DNA from: an uncultured Acidobacteriota bacterium
Lineage (GTDB): Bacteria; Acidobacteriota; UBA6911
NCBI GenBank assembly: GCA_964506795.1
Contig: CAZDMR010000001.1
Coordinates: 87,975-151,974 of the forward strand
DNA length: 64,000 nt
Direction of reading: 5' to 3'
Shown here: positions 38,630-46,789 of the stretch, in pieces
Layout of the letters: each line of letters begins with the position of its first letter
Position numbering within the stretch: the stretch's first letter is position 1
Made by a program: the position numbers and the translations under genes
Notes under the pieces: model-generated
Seen by the model: the letters and a program-made list of their open reading frames with translations, nothing else
What the model was told of the DNA's origin: nothing
Databases searched by the model: none

Positions 38630-41334
38630 CTATTCGCTCTCATTCTTTCCACGTATATGGCGGCCTGCACCGCCGCGGCTCCTGCATGGGCGATGGTATC
38701 GGGAATATCGCGCGCAGCCGTGGCCGAGCCGGCGGCAAAAACGCCTTCAATACTTGTCTGTCCCGGGTTGACATCCGCCTGTGTTTCCCGGACCCAGCCG
38801 CCCTCATCCGTTTCAAGGGCTTCGCTTTTAAAGACCCCAACGGCGCTGGTATCGGGAAGCAGTCCCACAGACAGAACAACCAGATCGTGCTCCGCCTGTT
38901 TCAAGCTTCCTTCTCCGCCGATGTCCTCGTAATGGACGATGAGATTGCCCCCTTTGGTTTCTTCTATCCTGGCGACTCTGCCCTTCGTCATATTGACTCC
39001 CATCGCTTTCGACTGTTCGTAAAACTCGTCGTAACCCTTGCCGAAGGCGCGGATGTCGATATAGTAAATGGTAACTTCCGCGAGAGGGAGCGCTCCCATA
39101 ATAAGCTGCGCCTGTTTGAGGGAATACATGCAGCATACCCTCGAACACTGGCGATTATTTACGGTGTAATCGCGAGAACCGGTGCAAAGCACGTAGGCGA
39201 TGTTATCCGGCATTTTGCCGTCCGACGGGCGAAGCACCCGGTTATAGGGACGCGTCGGGGCCAGGATACGATCCATCTGCATGGCCGTGATCACATTCGG
39301 ATAGCGCCCGTAACCGTAAGGTTTTTTCAGGGATGCGTCAAAAAGCTGAAATCCCGTCGAGATGATCACGCTGCCGGCTTCTGCGATTTCCTCTTTATCC
39401 TGCATATCGAATTCAATGGCATTCGCGGGACAGGCGCGGACGCACTCGCCGCATTCCGAACAGGATCCGCAGTCAAGGCATCGCGAGGCATTATAACGGG
39501 CATCTTCTTCGCTTAGCGTGGATTCGACCTCGGCAAAACTCCGCGACCGCTCAGCGGCCGGCAACAGCGCCGCCGCCCTGGACGGCTTCAAAGAAATCGA
39601 CTTCCAGCGCGCGATAACCGATTCCCTGTCCACAGCGGGCAAAGGCTCGAAATAGGCGTCCTCCAGAGGCTCTCCCCGCATCTGCCGGTCCATGAAAAAA
39701 GCCGCTCTTTTACCCTGGCCGATTGCGTCGATAATCATAGACGGTCCGGTAACATTGTCCCCGCCGGCAAAAACCGAGGGCATTGAAGTTTCCAGCGTTT
39801 TTTCATTTACCTTGATGGTTCCATTGCGATTCAATTCAAGCTCGCCGCGAAACGGCGAAGTCGTCGGCTTGAGCCCGATAGCCTTAACGACGATATCCGC
39901 CGCAGTGAGCTGTTCCGAACCTTCAATCGGCACCGGACGGGGCCGGCCTCCGGCATCCGGTTCGCCCAATTTCATCGACAAGCTTTCCACCCCCACCAGC
40001 CGTCCATCTATGCCGATGAAACGATTGGGATTCCTGAGCGTACGAAGCTCCATCCCTTCTTCCAATCCGGCCTCTACTTCCCAGGAATGAGCGGGCATTT
40101 CCGCCCGGCTGCGCCGGTACTCCACAATGACTTTCCGGGCTCCCAAACGGATCGCCACCCTGGCCGGATCCATACAGGCATTCCCTCCTCCGACCAGGAG
40201 TACGGTCTTCCCCTTAACATGGGACATTTTTCCTTCAAACGCCGCCTTGAGGAAAGACATGCAATCCATGACCCCTTCCAAGTCTTCGCCGGGCAGGGAC
40301 ATCCTCTGCGGTTCCCAGGCGCCGACCGCCACAAAAACGGAGTCAAACCCTTGCTCCTGCAAATCTTTCAAAGAGCTAACAGGAGAATTGGTGCGGATAG
40401 CAACCCCAAGAGCGGTAATGTTTTTGATATCTCTATCCAGCACACGCTTCGGCAGCCTGTATTCCGGGATTCCGTACCGCAACACGCCGCCCGCATGCTC
40501 CTGCGATTCGAAAATGGTAACTTGATATCCGCGCCTCGCCAGATGGTAAGCGGCCGAAAGCCCGGCCGGGCCCGATCCCACAACGGCCACCTTCTTGTCC
40601 AGGCGCTTTTCGGGGATTCCGTACTCCGGTTCCGGATGCCGTTGATAGTAATAGTCCACCATGAAACGTTTGATGGCCCGGATGGAGACCGTGCCGTCCA
40701 GAGCGGCGCGCGTGCAGTTTTGCTCGCATGGCGCGTAACAAGCCCTGCTTAGAGTGCCGGGGAGCGGCGCGTCTTCCATGTGAAGGCGGAATCCCTCCTC
40801 GTATTTTCCGCTTCGGACCAGGGAGACAAAACCATGGGCCTTGACTCCCGCCGGACAGGCAAAAGTGCACGGCGAGGTACCCTGCCGGTCCAGGATTGCT
40901 TTTTTCGGCACCGCCTGGGAGTATGGGATATAGGCCGCGCGCCGAGCCACCAATTGGAAATTAAACTGGTCGGGGACGGCAACCGTACAGGCTTCTTCGC
41001 ACTTTGAACACCCGGTGCATGCCGACGGATTCACATAAGTCGGCTTCTTGCGAATTTTTATGATAAATTCCCCGTTCGCCCTTTTGGCTATCTCTTTGAC
41101 TTCCGAATAAGTCAGGGTCGTAATGTTCGGGTGGTGGCTGGTGGCCGCCATTTTGGGCGTGGAAATGCAACTCGCGCAATCCAGCGTGGGGAAAACCTTG
41201 CTTAGAAGCACCATTTTGCCCCCGATACTGGCATCTTTTTCCACCAGCAACACCTGATACCCCATATCTCCCAAAGTCAGAGCCGACTCCATGCCGGCTA
41301 TGCCTCCGCCGACGATTAGCATGTCATGCTTCAT
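38626..41334 (-). CDS. HdrA-like FAD protein with an inserted GltD/NfnB-like NAD(P)H-binding module and a ferredoxin domain (902 aa natural fusion)
   Basis: The HdrA N-terminal half (MLIVGGGIAGMESA...DCASCIS) is followed by a GltD-like 2-cluster region (CTFACPAG, CYAPCEQNC) and a second Rossmann motif VAVVGSGPAGLSAAYHLARRG...GGVLRYGIPEYRLPK. Then comes a 2x4Fe4S domain (CLDCGSCSECGECVRACP), then the HdrA C-terminal half (CSRVCCMYS...GVFAAGSATAARDIP). Overlaps the downstream hdrA start by 4 nt. Confidence 0.75.
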   Translation of the reverse strand: MKHDMLIVGGGIAGMESALTLGDMGYQVLLVEKDASIGGKMVLLSKVFPTLDCASCISTPKMAATSHHPNITTLTYSEVKEIAKRANGEFIIKIRKKPTYVNPSACTGCSKCEEACTVAVPDQFNFQLVARRAAYIPYSQAVPKKAILDRQGTSPCTFACPAGVKAHGFVSLVRSGKYEEGFRLHMEDAPLPGTLSRACYAPCEQNCTRAALDGTVSIRAIKRFMVDYYYQRHPEPEYGIPEKRLDKKVAVVGSGPAGLSAAYHLARRGYQVTIFESQEHAGGVLRYGIPEYRLPKRVLDRDIKNITALGVAIRTNSPVSSLKDLQEQGFDSVFVAVGAWEPQRMSLPGEDLEGVMDCMSFLKAAFEGKMSHVKGKTVLLVGGGNACMDPARVAIRLGARKVIVEYRRSRAEMPAHSWEVEAGLEEGMELRTLRNPNRFIGIDGRLVGVESLSMKLGEPDAGGRPRPVPIEGSEQLTAADIVVKAIGLKPTTSPFRGELELNRNGTIKVNEKTLETSMPSVFAGGDNVTGPSMIIDAIGQGKRAAFFMDRQMRGEPLEDAYFEPLPAVDRESVIARWKSISLKPSRAAALLPAAERSRSFAEVESTLSEEDARYNASRCLDCGSCSECGECVRACPANAIEFDMQDKEEIAEAGSVIISTGFQLFDASLKKPYGYGRYPNVITAMQMDRILAPTRPYNRVLRPSDGKMPDNIAYVLCTGSRDYTVNNRQCSRVCCMYSLKQAQLIMGALPLAEVTIYYIDIRAFGKGYDEFYEQSKAMGVNMTKGRVARIEETKGGNLIVHYEDIGGEGSLKQAEHDLVVLSVGLLPDTSAVGVFKSEALETDEGGWVRETQADVNPGQTSIEGVFAAGSATAARDIPDTIAHAGAAAVQAAIYVERMRANR

Positions 41335-41764
41335 TAGATTTTTCCTTCGCGTCGGCTTCGAGAAGCCTTAACGAGTTCTTAAAATTTTCCATATGGGATA
41401 CAAAAGACTCCGCGCAAACAGAACAAATGGCCGCCATTTTAACCCGCTGCGCGCTGTGTCCATTTTCTTCAAGAAGCTTTTGCGCCCTTTGCGTCAAGGC
41501 GGCCGTCCGTTCGGTGCAGTCCTGGGTATACACGCAATCGCTTCCATCCGCCGCAATGAACACGCCGTCGAATCCCGCATTTACAGCGCGGAGGACCCAA
41601 CTCGGCTTTATGCTGCTTGAACAACGCAACGGTATGACAAACACCGAAGGCGAATAATGCAAGTGAGAGCTTCCGGCTAAATCAATCCCGGGATCCGAAA
41701 TTGTCTCCGTCGAGAACACAAGGATCTTGGGATCTTTCCCCTCGCTCTTTTCCCCTTCCGCCAT
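41324..41764 (-). CDS. MvhD/FlxD-like domain protein lacking the canonical first Cys pair
   Basis: KILVFSTETISDPGIDLAGSSHLHYSPSVFVIPLRCSSS...GFDGVFIAADGSDCVY aligns with MvhD (KIVVFACNWCSYAGADTAG...VMCSGR...GADGVLVGGCHFGDCHY). The CNWC pair is replaced by STET, and one of the two distal Cys is Ala. Confidence 0.6.
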   Translation of the reverse strand: MAEGEKSEGKDPKILVFSTETISDPGIDLAGSSHLHYSPSVFVIPLRCSSSIKPSWVLRAVNAGFDGVFIAADGSDCVYTQDCTERTAALTQRAQKLLEENGHSAQRVKMAAICSVCAESFVSHMENFKNSLRLLEADAKEKSNEA

Positions 41765-42018
41765 TACTTTCCTTTCTTTACGAATATTCGCGAATAACCT
41801 GCTTCCTCGATGGCTCCCAAATATTCATGGCCGACCTTTTTGGCCCATAGGGGGATATCCCTCTTAGTGCTCGCATCGGAAGAGAGCACTTCCATAACGC
41901 CCCCCACGGGAACCGCGGCGATGGATCGTTTTGCTTCCAGCAAAGGCCCCGGGCAAGCAGTCCCCCGGGCATCAACTTTTTGGGCGACTGTCAGACTTGC
42001 AAGTTCTTGTGTGTCCAT
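41764..42018 (-). CDS. tusA: TusA-family sulfurtransferase
   Basis: VDARGTACPGPLLEAKRSI carries the TusA CPxP active-site motif. 84 aa. The stop overlaps the start of the MvhD-like gene as ATGA. Confidence 0.85.
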   Translation of the reverse strand: MDTQELASLTVAQKVDARGTACPGPLLEAKRSIAAVPVGGVMEVLSSDASTKRDIPLWAKKVGHEYLGAIEEAGYSRIFVKKGK

Positions 42019-42112
42019 GATGACTCTCCATTTCTTTTAATGGATTAAAGGTTTTTTTACGCTTTTTTTACGTACTGTAATGAATTACGCCGTATGCATG
42101 CCACACGTTGAA

Positions 42113-42475
42113 TTAGGTGAAGGTTAAGACAGTATCCGCCTGCATCGCGCCGTTCACAAAAGTCGCCACTCCGCCGCATTCGATTCCGGGGATGAGATCT
42201 TCTTCGGTGCAATTGACAATGGGAAATGCCGCAGAACAGGCAATCATCCTAACGCCGCCTTCCTGGAGAATCTTGATGTACTCCGGAAGAGTTTTGGCCG
42301 CGCCCATCAGGGTAATATGCTCGGCGCCGCCTTTTCTTATAATGTTCAATCCATGCATGGTGAAGAACATCGTCACTTCCACATCCAACGCCAGCGCTCC
42401 CGCAGCTAACATGAAAGGAGGGAACGCTCTTTGGGGATTGTCCGAACCGCAAAAAATCCATAATGTTTCTGCCAT
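42113..42475 (-). CDS. DsrE/DsrF-family sulfur-relay protein
   Basis: 120 aa DsrE fold with a conserved Cys (RMIACSAAFPI). Confidence 0.7.
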   Translation of the reverse strand: MAETLWIFCGSDNPQRAFPPFMLAAGALALDVEVTMFFTMHGLNIIRKGGAEHITLMGAAKTLPEYIKILQEGGVRMIACSAAFPIVNCTEEDLIPGIECGGVATFVNGAMQADTVLTFT

Positions 42476-42497
42476 GTATTCTCTCCAAGTCTTGGAA

Positions 42498-42923
42498 TTA
42501 CGAGTCGGCGGACGCTTTTTCTCTGCCTGACTCCTTCCTTATTTTCGTGCCGCCGCGCGCTTTTTGGGTCTGCCGGAGCACCCATAAACGATCCCTCTTT
42601 CTCCTGGGATGATCCGCGCGCAGCAACGCGATCAAGCTTCGCACAAGCGTCGGCCGAACGATGTAGTAACAGCGCAATGAGCCGGAAATGCAAAAATCCA
42701 CCAATTGCGCTTTTCGCAAAGCCGCCATATGTTGTGAGAAGTGAGGCTGAACCACGGGAACCAAGCTGTTGAGATCCTTGACGCATCTGGGGCTTTCGCT
42801 CAACGAGTTGAGAATCATCAGTCGAACAGGATGAGAAATCAAGCGAAGCAATTCAGCGGGTTCGCGCCATTGATCAACTGGAACCGTCGAATGGATCACT
42901 TCTTCCATATCTTTTCCATACAT
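42498..42923 (-). CDS. ArsR/SmtB-family transcriptional regulator
   Basis: The HTH block LRLISHPVRLMILNSL...VKDLNSLVPVVQPHFSQHMAALRKAQLV is typical of ArsR. Three Cys are present (PRCVKDL, DFCISGSLRCYY). Confidence 0.85.
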   Translation of the reverse strand: MYGKDMEEVIHSTVPVDQWREPAELLRLISHPVRLMILNSLSESPRCVKDLNSLVPVVQPHFSQHMAALRKAQLVDFCISGSLRCYYIVRPTLVRSLIALLRADHPRRKRDRLWVLRQTQKARGGTKIRKESGREKASADS

Positions 42924-42947
42924 ATTATCTAATATAAGACTGCGATT

Positions 42948-42957
42948 ATATAATATT
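42948..42957. promoter_or_regulatory. Perfect 10-bp palindrome ATTATATAAT in an AT-rich region ~25 nt upstream of the ArsR start; candidate operator
   Basis: The sequence is its own reverse complement. It sits in the 268-bp AT-rich intergenic region between arsR (start 42923) and dsrE. Confidence 0.3.
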
Positions 42958-43162
42958 TTTTTAATAAGCCAAGAAAATTTTTCGGGCGCCTCATTCCAAA
43001 GAATCGGGCCCCATGAATCACGAAACCCGCCGCGCGCGCCCGCGCGCTTGCGCTTCGCGAATTTCCCGCGGCGGCCGAAATTTCGGAATCAAGGGAGCCG
43101 GGCCTTTTTTTATGCGGCCTGGGCGGGGCCGATAGGGGCCCCGCCGGCCTTGGGGCCCGTCG

Positions 43163-43190
43163 TTAAAGCGGATTATTCACGGGGGCCGAG
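43163..43190. repeat. Repeat-family copy (TTAAAGCGGATTATTCACGGGGGCCGAG) directly downstream of the dsrE stop
   Basis: Matches the family core GGATTATTCACG. Confidence 0.45.
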
Positions 43191-43191
43191 G

Positions 43192-43563
43192 TTAAAAGGA
43201 AATTATTTTATCGGCTTCGCTGATTTCCTCATGCACGCTGATCGCCGATCCATCCAAAGTGCCTTCCACCATATCCTCCCCGCTCAGGCCGCGAGCCTTA
43301 ATACAGGGCCCGCAATAAATAACTTTCCCTCCGTCGGAAAGGAAACTATCCATCAACGTATTCAATGGGAGCCTTTCGTCGGCGTGGACCGTTTCCGCGT
43401 ATCCTTTTTTTGCCAGCAAACTGGCATCTCCCAAGAGAATGATGACGACATCGTTTTCCATGGACAGGGCAACGTTGGCAAGCGTGAAACCTATGATGGC
43501 ATCCTCAGCGCGATCGCCGGCGCCCGTTAAAATATACAGGAACTTCTGTTTTTGATCCGACAT
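43192..43563 (-). CDS. DsrE/DsrF-family sulfur-relay protein (second copy)
   Basis: 123 aa with the YILTGAGD... fold signature and an active-site Cys context (VIYCGPCIKARG). Confidence 0.7.
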   Translation of the reverse strand: MSDQKQKFLYILTGAGDRAEDAIIGFTLANVALSMENDVVIILLGDASLLAKKGYAETVHADERLPLNTLMDSFLSDGGKVIYCGPCIKARGLSGEDMVEGTLDGSAISVHEEISEADKIISF

Positions 43564-43659
43564 ATGTTTCCTCCAGGGCGGGCATTATGTCTCATGCAAC
43601 GCGGAATTGACAACCTCTTATGTCCTGAAGAGGCAAATGATGCCCGCGCGGCGGTCCCA

Positions 43660-43692
43660 TTAACCCGGATGATTCACGAGGATTCGCGGCCG
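43660..43692. repeat. Repeat-family copy (TTAACCCGGATGATTCACGAGGATTCGCGGCCG), left end only
   Basis: Shares 28 nt with the copies at 53259 and 61161. Confidence 0.5.
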
Positions 43693-43828
43693 GGCGGCGC
43701 AGGGCGATGGAATCAATCCACGGCGGGAATAGGGAGCAATGGAGCACTTCTCTCTTTTATCATTTTTGTCGAAAGTGTAGAGTGAACGGATTTGATATCG
43801 GAGGCGCAAGAAAACCAAACCCGCATTT

Positions 43829-45931
43829 GTGACAAGCATGAACGATACGCGCACTCGAAAAGCAAACAACCATTCCGGGCGATTCCTGTGCCTGGCCGCA
43901 CCCGCGCTGACCGCGTTATTATGGGCGGCGGCCGCCTTCGCGACCGACAGCCGCCCCGTTCATATAGTGTCCGCAGGAGACACGCTTTCCGAGATCGCCG
44001 AACGCCACGGCATTACGGTGGCAAATCTGAGGGAATGGAACGGCCTGAGGTCGGACCGCATATTGAGGGGACAGCGCCTCTTTTTGGCGGCCGAGCCGGA
44101 TGGCGGAACCGTGCCCGCGGACGATTCGCAGAATGAGGATGATACGGATGCGGCCGGTATGCCGAGCGGACCGGCTGCCTATACGGTGCGTTCCGGAGAC
44201 ACTCTCGGCGACATCGCCCGCGCACACAGCCTGCCGATCAACACGATTAAGGACATCAACGAGTTAGAGGGCGACCGGATTTATCCGGGCCAGGTGCTTC
44301 GGCTTCGAGATCCCAAGCCGTCCGCAGCGGGCGCAGGCGAAGCATCGCCCGCGGATGAAGCCTTCCAGGAAGACTACATCGTTCAGCGCGGGGATACGCT
44401 TTCGCACATCGCACAGCGATTCGACGTCAGCATTTCCCTATTGAAGCGCCTGAACAGCATGCGCGGGAGCCGCATATACGCGGGCCAAAAGCTCAAGCTG
44501 CGGCCCGCAACCGGACGCGACCGCGGATTCCACATTGTTCTGAGCGGCGAAACCCTGTCCGAGATCGCCGAATGCTACGGCATCCCCGTGAAAACGCTGC
44601 AGGAGATCAACGGCATTGAAGGGAGCGCTATATTCGCCGGCCAGCGGCTTCTCCTTCGCGCCGTCTCCAAAACGGTACACATTGTGGAGCCGGGCGATGC
44701 CTTATCGGAGATCGCCCAAACGTATGGAATGCGCGTGACTGAATTGATGGCCCTCAACGGCCTTAAATCCAGCCGCATTTATCCCGGGCAGGAGTTGAAG
44801 CTTTCCGATCCCGCGGCCGGCCGCTTGACGACATATACGGTCTGCCCCGGAGATTCGCTCATTGAGATTGCGCAGCTGCACCGCATGACCCTGCCTGAAT
44901 TGAGGAATCTGAACGATATCCGCGGATCCGTGATCCATCCGGGGCAGATACTCAAGGTCCGGCCGATTCTCGGCCGGGGAGAGCATCCGCTTCCTCTTCT
45001 GACCCCTGAAGAGATTGATTGGTCCGCATTCAACGTTGCCCTTGCGGACATGCCTCGGCTCGATTGCGGCAACGGGCCGTATTACGGCTACGCCCCCCGC
45101 GTCGGCGAGCAGAACGGGTGCGATTACCTGGAGGAAAGTCCTTCGCGGCCTCTCACCTGTTACCGCCGCGCCCGCCGGCTATTTGAAGCGTTTGAGCGGG
45201 AAGTCGAGGCCATAGGCCGCCTCAGCCGGAAGCTTGAAGGATGGCATATCGTACTGGATCCCGGCCACGGCGGAATCGATCCGGGCACCATTACAAGGAC
45301 CACGGACGGGACGGGAAAACCCGTTTACGTCGTCGAAGACGAGTACGTTTACGACATTACCTTGCGCGTCTACGTTCTGTTGAAGCTGCACGGAGCGAAT
45401 GTGACACTCACGATTCTCAGCCCCAACCACCTCATCCGCCGCTCGGATCCGCCGACGCAGACGTTCGTCCATCAACGCGACGAAGTTTACAACAGCGAAA
45501 CGCTCAACCGCAAAAACGGCGATAAGCAATGGCCGATAGGGGGGCGCCGGGGCCTGGAAGCCAGGGTCCGGCTTGCCCGGGAAGCTTTCAGGAATGTACC
45601 CTCAAGCCGCCGAATTTTTCTGTCCATCCACGCCGACAACAGCCCGAATACGCCGAACGTCCCGGTGGTGCTTTATTATTCCAGCTCGAAATACACCGAC
45701 CGCAAGTCCCGCAGCTTCGCCCGCGCCCTGCTGCCGGCTTTGGGGGCGGGAGCCCAAATCCGAGCACAGCGCCTGGCGGTTTTACGGGACAACCCGGCTT
45801 CGTATAAAGTTCTGGTGGAAATACGGAACATGGTCCATCCGGACCACTCATGGGCTCTGCGGTTCGAAGAACTGAGACAGCGCGACGCCGAGAAAATCGT
45901 CCGAGGATTATTGGATTGGGTCTCGCGGTAA
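43829..45931 (+). CDS. N-acetylmuramoyl-L-alanine amidase with six LysM repeats
   Basis: A signal peptide, six LysM repeats (HIVSAGDTLSEIA..., YTVRSGDTLGDIA..., etc.), and a C-terminal Amidase_3 domain (HIVLDPGHGGIDPG). Confidence 0.85.
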   Translation: MTSMNDTRTRKANNHSGRFLCLAAPALTALLWAAAAFATDSRPVHIVSAGDTLSEIAERHGITVANLREWNGLRSDRILRGQRLFLAAEPDGGTVPADDSQNEDDTDAAGMPSGPAAYTVRSGDTLGDIARAHSLPINTIKDINELEGDRIYPGQVLRLRDPKPSAAGAGEASPADEAFQEDYIVQRGDTLSHIAQRFDVSISLLKRLNSMRGSRIYAGQKLKLRPATGRDRGFHIVLSGETLSEIAECYGIPVKTLQEINGIEGSAIFAGQRLLLRAVSKTVHIVEPGDALSEIAQTYGMRVTELMALNGLKSSRIYPGQELKLSDPAAGRLTTYTVCPGDSLIEIAQLHRMTLPELRNLNDIRGSVIHPGQILKVRPILGRGEHPLPLLTPEEIDWSAFNVALADMPRLDCGNGPYYGYAPRVGEQNGCDYLEESPSRPLTCYRRARRLFEAFEREVEAIGRLSRKLEGWHIVLDPGHGGIDPGTITRTTDGTGKPVYVVEDEYVYDITLRVYVLLKLHGANVTLTILSPNHLIRRSDPPTQTFVHQRDEVYNSETLNRKNGDKQWPIGGRRGLEARVRLAREAFRNVPSSRRIFLSIHADNSPNTPNVPVVLYYSSSKYTDRKSRSFARALLPALGAGAQIRAQRLAVLRDNPASYKVLVEIRNMVHPDHSWALRFEELRQRDAEKIVRGLLDWVSR

Positions 45932-46777
45932 AGAACCGCTTGAGGCCGGCCCGCTGGGAACCACCAGCAGCGGTCCTATCGCCAGCTGCATCACGCTGAT
46001 TGTCGTGCTGCTGAAGAACTCTCCCATGACCGTCGATTTGGACTCCGCCCCCATGACGATGAGGTCGGGTTTCAAGCTTTTTGCCGCTTCGGCGATCGTT
46101 TTCGCGGCGTTGCCGCGGTGATGAATTTCTTCAATGCTGCAGCCTTTGCCGGTCTCTTCGTCCACAAGGGGGCAGTCCGGCGGTTCGTTTTCATGTTCGA
46201 TGACATGGAGTACGGTCAGGCGCGCTTTCAGCGATTTGCTGATTTGGGCCGCATAGTCGAGCGCGTTCCTTCCGGGACCGGACAGGTTCATAGGACAAAG
46301 GATATGCCCAATGGGAGCATCCGACGGAGGATTGCGTACGGCCAATACAGGAAGGGAACCGCGCCGGATCACTTGCTCCGTAACCGATCCCATCCACAGC
46401 CGCTGCAAGCCCCGATAGCCGTGCATTCCCATAAGGATCATGCCGATGGGGTCCTTTTGGGACGTCCTGAGAATTGCCTCGACCGGCGAGCCTTCCGCAA
46501 TTTCCGTTTGGGGCGCAAATCCGAGCGTAGGCTCGCTCTGCCTGCGAACGTGATCCTCCGCGACCCGCTCCAATCTTTTTAACTCGCCCTTAAGGGTGTC
46601 CAGCTGCCCGCTCGAAAAATAGGGAGGCAGGTCCAATTGATGCGCGTGGAGAACAAGCACATCGGATCCGAGGCGATCGTGAAAATAGCGCGCATAGCGG
46701 AGCGCCGATTCCGATGCAGCACTCAAATCGGTCGGGACCAAAATTTTCCGCGGCGGGAATTCATACGGCGCATTCAT
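45908..46777 (-). CDS. Universal stress protein (tandem UspA domains)
   Basis: Two USP domains (KILVPTDLSAASESAL...; LVVPSG... C-terminal). 289 aa. Confidence 0.8.
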   Translation of the reverse strand: MNAPYEFPPRKILVPTDLSAASESALRYARYFHDRLGSDVLVLHAHQLDLPPYFSSGQLDTLKGELKRLERVAEDHVRRQSEPTLGFAPQTEIAEGSPVEAILRTSQKDPIGMILMGMHGYRGLQRLWMGSVTEQVIRRGSLPVLAVRNPPSDAPIGHILCPMNLSGPGRNALDYAAQISKSLKARLTVLHVIEHENEPPDCPLVDEETGKGCSIEEIHHRGNAAKTIAEAAKSLKPDLIVMGAESKSTVMGEFFSSTTISVMQLAIGPLLVVPSGPASSGSLPRDPIQ

Positions 46778-46789
46778 CTTTTGGGCTCC

